Below, piece after piece: positions 24,731-32,858 of a stretch of DNA of 39,487 nucleotides; position 1 is the stretch's first letter; each line of letters opens with the position of its first letter. The position numbers and the translations under genes were made by a program. The notes beneath the pieces are model-generated. The model searched no databases. It was not told where the DNA came from and saw nothing but the letters and a program-made list of their open reading frames with translations. Source of the stretch: an uncultured Gammaproteobacteria bacterium (lineage in GTDB: Bacteria; Patescibacteriota; Microgenomatia; Levybacterales; UBA12049); contig CAYWVK010000001.1 in assembly GCA_964461865.1 (NCBI GenBank), positions 3,218 to 42,704 of the forward strand, in the 5' to 3' direction.

Positions 24731-25285
24731 TTATTTCTTTTTAATTTTATTATCCTTAATGCCTGCTGAAATTCCGAAAGTAATAAGTGATGTTGATGGT
24801 TTATTTTCAATTTTATCTACACTTAAAGTGTCAATTAAGGAATACTCCTTTAGCTCATTAACAAAAGACCCCAGTGCGGTTATAGAGTCTGTGCTAGCAC
24901 TAATTCTAATTTGATCCTCATAAAGAGAGAAATTATTAAAAATTATTCCTGATGGTGCAAAGTCTATAATATCACTAAATATTTTTATTTTTTCACTGGA
25001 TTGACTTGAAAATGTACTCGCAGCCAATAATCGATCCTGAAGGTTAATATACATTTCTTCATTTTCTTTAAAAAAATCTACAATTGCTTGTTCTTGTTTA
25101 ATTTTTTCATGAAGATCTATTAGTTGTTTGTCCAGGGTAAATCTATATATAAAAGCTGACAATGCGATTATTTCAACAACTATAACTACTATTCTGCCTA
25201 TATTTACAGACCATTTAATAATTTGATCAATGATATCAGTTTTGCCTGTTTTTAATAAATTTATATCAGCAACGTTTCTTGCCAT
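24731..25285 (-). CDS. pilN: Type IV pilus assembly protein PilN-like
   Basis: N-terminal 'ADINLLK' (the PilM-binding INLL motif), a single TM span, a coiled coil and a C-terminal ferredoxin-like region. Confidence 0.6.
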   Translation of the reverse strand: MARNVADINLLKTGKTDIIDQIIKWSVNIGRIVVIVVEIIALSAFIYRFTLDKQLIDLHEKIKQEQAIVDFFKENEEMYINLQDRLLAASTFSSQSSEKIKIFSDIIDFAPSGIIFNNFSLYEDQIRISASTDSITALGSFVNELKEYSLIDTLSVDKIENKPSTSLITFGISAGIKDNKIKKK

Positions 25286-25294
25286 ACTAAATTT

Positions 25295-25323
25295 AGTCTA
25301 GGGTTTTTTAAGATTTTTGTCAA
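25295..25323 (-). promoter_or_regulatory. Promoter candidate TTGACA-17-TAGACT, 9 nt upstream of the pilN-like ATG
   Basis: On the minus strand, the -35 is at 25318-25323 and the -10 at 25295-25300; ATG at 25285. Confidence 0.4.
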
Positions 25324-25343
25324 AGGATATTTGAGGTAAAAAC

Positions 25344-25655
25344 TTATTTCTTTGTTTTTGTTTTAGTGGTTTTTTGTTTTGTTTTTTTAGTTACCTTTTT
25401 TGTTTTTGTAATTTTTAATTTTCCTGAGGCTATTTTTGCTAATTTTGATTTTAATCTCGCCGCTTTATTTTTGTGAATGATTCTTTTCTTGGAAGATTTA
25501 TCAATAATTACCGTCGCCTTTCTTATATTTTCAGCTAAAGGATTTTTAACAGCTTTTTTTACTAGCTTTTTATATTCTTTTTTAAGCTTATCGTTTTGGG
25601 CTGTTCTTTTTTTGTCTTTTCTTAATTTTTTCTTTGCAGATTTTATTACTGGCAT
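25344..25655 (-). CDS. rpsT: 30S ribosomal protein bS20 with a Lys/Thr-rich C-terminal extension
   Basis: 'MPVIKSAKKK...' and an exact 'IHKNKAAR' match to E. coli S20. An extra tail of about 24 aa reads 'LKITKTKKVTKKTKQKTTKTKTKK'. Confidence 0.9.
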   Translation of the reverse strand: MPVIKSAKKKLRKDKKRTAQNDKLKKEYKKLVKKAVKNPLAENIRKATVIIDKSSKKRIIHKNKAARLKSKLAKIASGKLKITKTKKVTKKTKQKTTKTKTKK

Positions 25656-25661
25656 CAGGCT

Positions 25662-25690
25662 ATTTTAGCATGCTATACTGTAAAAAACAA
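25662..25690 (-). promoter_or_regulatory. Promoter candidate TTGTTT-17-TAAAAT, 6 nt upstream of the rpsT ATG
   Basis: On the minus strand, the -35 is at 25685-25690 and the -10 at 25662-25667; ATG at 25655. Confidence 0.5.
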
Positions 25691-25693
25691 TAT

Positions 25694-27352
25694 ATGCCCA
25701 AGAAATTTTTTCAAAAAGGCCTCAATCTTTTGTTAAGGCGACAGACAAACATTTTATCTGCTGCATTTGTAATTATGGGTACGGTAGTTTTTTCTCAAGT
25801 TTTAGGTTTGATAAGACAAAGGCTTTTGGTGTCAATTTTTGGAGCATCGGATACGCTTGGAGTGTATTTGGTGGCATCAAAATTACCTGATTTTTTATTT
25901 CAACTAATAATTGCCGGAGCGTTATCTTCGGCATTTATACCAATTTTTTCTGATTATCTAGGTAAGAATAAAAGAAAAGAGGCACATTTTTTAGGATCAA
26001 CTCTACTTACTTTTAGCTTAATTATTTTTTGTGGTCTTTCAGTTTTTCTTTTAATTTTTGCAGAATATTTTTCAAGGCTTATCGCTCCGGGATTTTCAGA
26101 ACAACAAATTGTTTTAATGGCAAATTTGATGAGAATAATTATTTTTGGTGAAATTCTTTTTATAGTTGGTAGTTTTTTATCTTCGGTTCTTCAATCTTAC
26201 AATCATTTTTTTATTCCTGGCTTTGCAGCAGCTCTTTATAATTTAGGAATAATTGCGGGAATATTTTTTCTTTCCCCGTATTTTGGTATTTTTTCAGCAG
26301 CTTATGGAGTAATCCTGGGTGCATTCATTTTTATAGTTTTTCAATTACCGCTTATTAAAAAATTAGAATTTAATTTTCAACCTTCTCTTGCAATTAAAAA
26401 TAGTGGTGTTATTCAAGTTTTAAAACTAATGTGGCCTAGAACGATTTCCATTGCAATTTTTCAGTTAGGAGGAATAATTACAATTACACTTATTTCTTTT
26501 TTACCTTCCCCTGGTAGAAATTATGTAATATTTGATTATGCACAAACTCTTTTTTTTGCACCGGTTGTTCTTTTTGGACAAGCAATTGCTCAAGCAGCTT
26601 TTCCTGTTTTAGCAAGAGAGAAAGACAGATTGGGAGATTTTAAGGTAACTATAATTACCAGTTTAAAGCAAATGCTTTATCTGGTTTTGCCAATTTCAGT
26701 ATTGTTGTTAATACTTCGTATACCCATTGTTCGTCTTATTTACGGAGCAGCGCAATTTGATTGGCAGGCAACAGTTTTAACAGCGACAACCCTGGCTTTT
26801 TTTAGTGTTTCAATTTTTGCACAATCGTTAAATTATTTACTATCACGTGGTTTTTATGCGCTTCATGATACTAAAACCCCTCTTATTGTAGGAGCATTAA
26901 CTACCTGCTTAATGATTGTTTTAGGGGTACTATCAATTTTTGTGTTAAATCTTGAGGTCTGGGCTATTGCTGCATCTTTTTCTATTGCCAGTATTGTTAA
27001 TATTTTAATTTTGTTTATTTGCTTGGATAAAAAAACCGGTGGTTTTGATAAACTTTCCTTAAGTTATTCTTTATTAAAAATTATAGTAGCTACAATTTTT
27101 ACAGGATTTGCATTGTATGTACCGATTAAATTATTGGATCAGTTGGTTTTTGATACAACCAGAACAATAAATCTTTTGTTCCTAACCGGAATTTCTAGTT
27201 TTGCAGGTTTATCGTTATATCTATTTCTTACTTGGCTTTTTAATGTTAAAGAAGCGTCAATGTTTATTTTGCTTTTTAAGAAAATAGGTGATTGGAGACA
27301 AATACTTAAAACCAGTGAGGAGACAATAGATACTACCGCAACTAAGGTTTAA
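25694..27352 (+). CDS. murJ: Lipid II flippase MurJ (MviN)
   Basis: 'ILSAAFVIMGTVVFSQVLGLIRQRLLVSIFGASDTLGVYLVASKLPDFLFQLIIAGALSSAFIPIFS' is the MurJ N-terminal signature; 14-TM MOP-family layout. I chose ATG 25694. The track start at 25634 would overlap rpsT. Confidence 0.85.
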   Translation: MPKKFFQKGLNLLLRRQTNILSAAFVIMGTVVFSQVLGLIRQRLLVSIFGASDTLGVYLVASKLPDFLFQLIIAGALSSAFIPIFSDYLGKNKRKEAHFLGSTLLTFSLIIFCGLSVFLLIFAEYFSRLIAPGFSEQQIVLMANLMRIIIFGEILFIVGSFLSSVLQSYNHFFIPGFAAALYNLGIIAGIFFLSPYFGIFSAAYGVILGAFIFIVFQLPLIKKLEFNFQPSLAIKNSGVIQVLKLMWPRTISIAIFQLGGIITITLISFLPSPGRNYVIFDYAQTLFFAPVVLFGQAIAQAAFPVLAREKDRLGDFKVTIITSLKQMLYLVLPISVLLLILRIPIVRLIYGAAQFDWQATVLTATTLAFFSVSIFAQSLNYLLSRGFYALHDTKTPLIVGALTTCLMIVLGVLSIFVLNLEVWAIAASFSIASIVNILILFICLDKKTGGFDKLSLSYSLLKIIVATIFTGFALYVPIKLLDQLVFDTTRTINLLFLTGISSFAGLSLYLFLTWLFNVKEASMFILLFKKIGDWRQILKTSEETIDTTATKV

Positions 27353-27375
27353 TTTCTTGAAAAGATACTATAAAC

Positions 27376-27405
27376 TTGACAAAAAGAAAAAAAAGTTTTT
27401 ATATA
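27376..27405 (+). promoter_or_regulatory. Promoter candidate TTGACA-18-TATATA for the 103-aa orphan
   Basis: Perfect -35 at 27376-27381 and a -10 at 27400-27405, 20 nt upstream of ATG 27426. An alternative -10, TATACA, lies at 27410-27415. Confidence 0.4.
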
Positions 27406-27425
27406 GTGTTATACAGTAATTTACT

Positions 27426-27737
27426 ATGGCTGTAAGCATAGTTGAGGCGATAAGAGAACTGGCACCAGGGGTAAAATGTAATATTTATGATAAAAAAGGA
27501 TATGCTCCTCCTAAAAAGTGTGTATTAGCTTCTGAAAGATTACCAAAGGGAAATTCACCAATTTATACAGTAGTTTGCGAAGGTGTTCTTAAGGGAAATT
27601 CACCAAAAGAAATCCCCATAGCAATAGTTAAAGGAAGAGATGAGGAATTAGGTATACCATTTGATGGATTAACAGGAGAAGAAACTATTTTTGTTTCCTC
27701 TGGTAAAAGAAAACTTCAGGAAATATTTACAGGGTGA
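27426..27737 (+). CDS. Hypothetical 103-aa soluble protein (3 Cys, internal KGNSP duplication)
   Basis: Stand-alone ORF between murJ and lepA with a promoter-like TTGACA-18-TATATA upstream and a TGA stop. No motif recognised. Confidence 0.5.
   Translation: MAVSIVEAIRELAPGVKCNIYDKKGYAPPKKCVLASERLPKGNSPIYTVVCEGVLKGNSPKEIPIAIVKGRDEELGIPFDGLTGEETIFVSSGKRKLQEIFTG
27546..27606 (+). repeat. Perfect 16-nt in-frame direct repeat AAGGGAAATTCACCAA, two copies 45 nt apart
   Basis: Copies at 27546-27561 and 27591-27606 inside the 103-aa orphan ORF, each encoding KGNSP. Confidence 0.8.
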
Positions 27738-27747
27738 TAAAAATAAT

Positions 27748-27776
27748 TTGCTTTTAGCCTCAATTACACGTATACT
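27748..27776 (+). promoter_or_regulatory. Promoter candidate TTGCTT-17-TATACT, 11 nt upstream of the lepA ATG
   Basis: Hexamers at 27748-27753 and 27771-27776; ATG at 27788; no SD in between. Confidence 0.5.
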
Positions 27777-27787
27777 TCGTAAGTATT

Positions 27788-29518
27788 ATGTTAAACGTAA
27801 ACATTCGAAACTTTGCAATTATTGCTCATATTGATCATGGAAAATCTACTTTAGCAGATAGATTTTTAGAAATAACCAAAACTATTCCTAAAGATAAATT
27901 AAAAGAACAATTTTTAGATCAAAGTCCGATAAGCAGAGAAAGAGGAATTACCATTAAACTTGCTCCGGTTAGAATGAAGTATGAATTTGAGAAAAACGTC
28001 TATATCTTAAATCTTATTGATACACCAGGGCATATAGATTTTTCTTATGAAGTATCAAGAACTCTGGCTGCTTGTGAGGGGGCAATATTATTAGTTGATG
28101 CAACACAGGGAGTTCAGGCGCAAACAGTAGCTCATTTAAATGTTGCAAAAAAACAAAATCTTAAAATAATACCGGTTATTAATAAAATTGATTTAGCAAC
28201 AGCAAAACCGGAATTAGTCACTAAAGAACTTGAGAGTTTTTTTGGATTTTCAAGAGAAGATATTATATATATATCTGCAAAAAACGGTGAGAATGTAAAA
28301 AGCCTATTAGAAGAAGTCATAAAAAGAATTCCGCCACCCAAAGGTGATGAAAATTTGCCATTAAAAGCATTAATTTTTGATGCAGTTTACGATCAACATA
28401 AAGGAGTAATTGCTTTTGTTCGAGTAATTGATGGAAAAATAAAAAAACAGGATAGAATTAAACTTTATCAAAATTCAATCGAATCGGAAGTTGGACAAGT
28501 AGGATTTTTTTCTCCTTTTTTAACTCCTCTTGATAAATTAAACGCAGGAGAAATCGGATATGTAATTACAGGTATTAAGGATATAAAGTTATGTCGTGTT
28601 GGTGATACTATTACCAATTTAAGTAGAGATATTACACCTTTTCCAGGATATAAACCTCCTAAGCCTATGGTTTTTTTTGGAATATATCCTCACAACAAAA
28701 ATGAACTTATACACTTAAAAGAGGCACTAAGTAAAATCATTTTAAATGATTCTTCGTTAAGTATTGCAGATGAATATTCGGCTTATTTAGGAAGTGGTTT
28801 TAGGATTGGTTTTTTAGGACTTTTACATGCTGAAATTATTAAGGAGAAATTAAAACAAGAGGAAAAAGTAAACCCGATTTTAACCATGCCTAGGGTATTA
28901 TATAAAGAAATGGAGGAAGGTAAGCTTCTTGAGCCGTATATGAATTTAACAATTTATACACCGGTTAATTTTGTTGGTGGCATTATGTCTTTATGCCAAA
29001 AAAGAAAAGGAAAAATAGAAAATGTAATTTATCATGAAGATAATGCAATTTTAAAATATGAAATGCCTTACAGTATGTTTATTAGGGGTCTTGCGTCAGA
29101 AATAAAATCAATATCTTCAGGTTTTGCCAGTCTTGATTACGAATTAACTAAATACAAAGAAGCAAACTTGGAAAAATTAGACATTGTTATTAACGATTAC
29201 GAGGTAGATGTTTTATCGGAATTGGTTTATAAAGAAGAAGCTGATTATGTTGCCAGGGAAAAAACAGAAAAACTTAAAGAGATACTTCCGCGTCAACAAT
29301 TCAGACAAATAATTCAGGCAAAAATTAACCAAAGAGTATTATCCAGAACAGAAATACCTCCATTTAGAAAAGATGTTTTACAAAAAATGTCAGGAGGGGA
29401 TAGAACTAGAAAAGATAAATTGCTTGAAAAACAAAAAAAGGGTAAATCTAAACTTTTAGTTAAAGCAAAGGTAATTCTTCCCGAAGATTCATTGATCTCT
29501 TTAATTTCGAAGAATTAA
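27788..29518 (+). CDS. lepA: Translation elongation factor 4 (LepA)
   Basis: 'IRNFAIIAHIDHGKSTLADRFLE', 'DTPGH', 'NKID', 'GFLGLLHAEI' and the LepA-specific C-terminal domain 'ILPRQQFRQIIQAKI...KDKLLEKQKKGKSKL'. Confidence 0.95.
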   Translation: MLNVNIRNFAIIAHIDHGKSTLADRFLEITKTIPKDKLKEQFLDQSPISRERGITIKLAPVRMKYEFEKNVYILNLIDTPGHIDFSYEVSRTLAACEGAILLVDATQGVQAQTVAHLNVAKKQNLKIIPVINKIDLATAKPELVTKELESFFGFSREDIIYISAKNGENVKSLLEEVIKRIPPPKGDENLPLKALIFDAVYDQHKGVIAFVRVIDGKIKKQDRIKLYQNSIESEVGQVGFFSPFLTPLDKLNAGEIGYVITGIKDIKLCRVGDTITNLSRDITPFPGYKPPKPMVFFGIYPHNKNELIHLKEALSKIILNDSSLSIADEYSAYLGSGFRIGFLGLLHAEIIKEKLKQEEKVNPILTMPRVLYKEMEEGKLLEPYMNLTIYTPVNFVGGIMSLCQKRKGKIENVIYHEDNAILKYEMPYSMFIRGLASEIKSISSGFASLDYELTKYKEANLEKLDIVINDYEVDVLSELVYKEEADYVAREKTEKLKEILPRQQFRQIIQAKINQRVLSRTEIPPFRKDVLQKMSGGDRTRKDKLLEKQKKGKSKLLVKAKVILPEDSLISLISKN

Positions 29519-30645
29519 AGAGCAAGGAAAAGTAAGATTCCGATAACCGAAAGTATAGCTCCTACTGCTCCGAAAGTCATTATTGCACTTCCAGGTCCTG
29601 TTGGAGGCATGGTTGGGATTGGTGTGTTTGTTGGTGCAATTGTAATTACAGCACCACCACCACCGTTAATCGTAATTACTTGTGTGCAAAGTTCGGTACT
29701 ACTTACTCCACCACTATTATCTGTCATAGCAGCAGTTGCAGTAAAAGTACCAGCAGTACTATATATATGAGATGTTTGAACACTAACGCTTCCGGTATTT
29801 ACTCCATCAGTGACATCCTGGACTTGTCCGTCCCCAAAATTAAAGGTAACCTTGTTAACTGTGCCATCAGTATCGTTTCCGTTTGCAGTAAGCATTAACG
29901 CATAAGGTGCTGTTCCGGTTGAAGAACTATTAAGTGCTAAGCTTGTACAAGAGGGTAGTTGATTTGCAGATGGAGTACCAGTTGGTCCGGGTGTAACAGT
30001 TGGAGTTGCTGTTGGGCCAGGAGTTGGACTTGGTGCTGGTGTTGGAGTTGGTTCTGGAGTAACAGTTGGTGTTGCTCCTTCGTCTATAGTGATTACAGCG
30101 GGAACAGAAGAAGAGAATACATTTTCGTTAAATGTATCTGTTGCTCCTACAGATAATACTTGAGGCGTTCCAAAATCTATTTTTGTAGTTGCTCCGTTTG
30201 TTGAGCCAATTGCAGTAACTGTTAAAGTTCCTGCTTCTTTAGGTGTTTGAATAACCTTGTCTAAGCTTCCGCCAATAGACATTGTTACAGTTACAGATCC
30301 TGCAGCATATGTTGGGCCTTGAAGAATTGATGGAAATGTCCCCTCGTTTGGCGTAAAACCATTTGCTTGTACATCCAATTTTGTTGAATCATAGGTTAAT
30401 GTAAATTTAACAAAAGAAACTTGATTGCTTCCAGGATTTACCACTACTTTAAAGTTTGCGCTTTCTCCAACTGCCATTGTTTTTGAAGAGCTTCCAGTGT
30501 CAACATCAACAACAGAAAGAATGGTCGAAGGGGCTGCTTTAATTTCGGTTTTTTGCTGTTGTTGCACTAAATAGACAGTAATAGGTATAGCAACTAAAAG
30601 TACAACAATAAAACCGAGTAATAAAAGTTTTTTACCAGAAAACAT
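29515..30645 (-). CDS. Surface protein: N-terminal TM, cohesin-like domain, Thr/Pro linker, PKD domain, MPPTG motif and C-terminal hydrophobic helix
   Basis: 'APYALMLTANGNDTDGTVNKVTFNFGDGQ...HIYSTAGTFTATAAMTDNSGG' is a PKD signature. The N-terminal domain 'FKVVVNPGSNQVSFVKFTLTYDSTKL' is cohesin-like. The linker is 'ATPTVTPEPTPTPAPSPTPGPTATPTVTPGPTGTP'. The C-terminus is 'MPPTGPG' followed by a 24-aa hydrophobic stretch. Confidence 0.6.
   Translation of the reverse strand: MFSGKKLLLLGFIVVLLVAIPITVYLVQQQQKTEIKAAPSTILSVVDVDTGSSSKTMAVGESANFKVVVNPGSNQVSFVKFTLTYDSTKLDVQANGFTPNEGTFPSILQGPTYAAGSVTVTMSIGGSLDKVIQTPKEAGTLTVTAIGSTNGATTKIDFGTPQVLSVGATDTFNENVFSSSVPAVITIDEGATPTVTPEPTPTPAPSPTPGPTATPTVTPGPTGTPSANQLPSCTSLALNSSSTGTAPYALMLTANGNDTDGTVNKVTFNFGDGQVQDVTDGVNTGSVSVQTSHIYSTAGTFTATAAMTDNSGGVSSTELCTQVITINGGGGAVITIAPTNTPIPTMPPTGPGSAIMTFGAVGAILSVIGILLFLAL
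29968..30075 (-). repeat. Low-complexity Thr/Pro-rich linker-coding tract
   Basis: Encodes 'ATPTVTPEPTPTPAPSPTPGPTATPTVTPGPTGTP'. This is the locally most GC-rich DNA in the window (reiterated ggtgctggtgttggagttgg-type units). Confidence 0.6.
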
Positions 30646-30727
30646 ATAAATGAAATCTAAGTTTTATCGTAAAGAATAAATGTGCTTGTGTCAAGTATTA
30701 ACACTATATTTATTTTAAAAAAACCTC

Positions 30728-30756
30728 TTGACAGAAAAAAGCTTTTGTTGTATAAA
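30728..30756 (+). promoter_or_regulatory. groES-groEL promoter candidate TTGACA-17-TATAAA
   Basis: Perfect -35 at 30728-30733, a 17-nt spacer and a -10 at 30751-30756. This is the only clean promoter in the 160-bp gap upstream of groES. Confidence 0.6.
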
Positions 30757-30763
30757 TTTAGCA

Positions 30764-30782
30764 ATCACTTATATCAAGTGAT
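30764..30782. promoter_or_regulatory. Inverted repeat ATCACTT-N5-AAGTGAT at the predicted groES transcript start (degenerate CIRCE-like operator?)
   Basis: Perfect 7-bp arms at 30764-30770 and 30776-30782. In the wider register 30758-30784, TTAGCAATC-N9-AAGTGATAT matches the CIRCE consensus TTAGCACTC-N9-GAGTGCTAA at 8/9 and 6/9 positions. Confidence 0.4.
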
Positions 30783-30805
30783 ATTTTTTGACTAATTTAT
30801 TAAAT

Positions 30806-32771
<1,966 letters not shown>

Positions 32772-32815
32772 ATAACTTCTAAGTCTCTAACTTCGGTAAG
32801 TTGTCAAATATTAGT

Positions 32816-32845
32816 TGTCAGTTGTTTTAAATTTGCGTTATAATC
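32816..32845 (+). promoter_or_regulatory. Promoter candidate TTGTCA-18-TATAAT for the PEGA/SH3 gene
   Basis: Hexamers at 32816-32821 and 32840-32845, 13 nt upstream of ATG 32859. Confidence 0.4.
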
Positions 32846-32858
32846 TCAATACACTTTT

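Noticed and set aside
24730-24810. Longer pilO-like ORF start at 24810, overlapping pilN by 80 nt.
   Set aside because: The ATG at 24729 lies 1 nt after the pilN stop and gives a normal PilO N-terminus. The extension (MKINHQHHLLLSEF...) is read from the pilN C-terminal coding region.
25634-25693. murJ ORF extended to 25634 (or 25670), overlapping the rpsT start.
   Set aside because: It would overlap the divergent rpsT coding sequence and promoter. The MurJ homology begins after MPKKFF (ATG 25694).
13559-27737. Alternative genetic code (UGA recoding, as in some candidate phyla).
   Set aside because: TGA is used as a sensible stop for the helicase (13559-13561) and the orphan (27735-27737). 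All conserved proteins translate full-length under the standard code.
29515-30645. Interpreting the GC-rich surface-protein gene as a mobile island.
   Set aside because: There is no integrase, transposase, flanking repeat or tRNA. The gene is tightly interlocked with lepA through shared stop codons, and much of the GC shift follows from its T/P/G/A-rich amino-acid composition.
30758-30784. Calling this a bona fide CIRCE/HrcA operator.
   Set aside because: Only 14 of 18 consensus positions match, and the arms are not mutually complementary in the 9-N9-9 register (5 of 9). I kept it only as a degenerate or alternative operator candidate.
30788-30805. TTG start for groES, giving 105 aa.
   Set aside because: ATG 30806 gives the canonical GroES length of about 99 aa and the canonical N-terminus. 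The TTG extension adds six non-conserved residues.
32789-32804. Hairpin AACTT-cggt-AAGTT after groEL as an intrinsic terminator.
   Set aside because: The stem is only 5 bp, AT-rich and lacks a following T-tract, so it is too weak to call.
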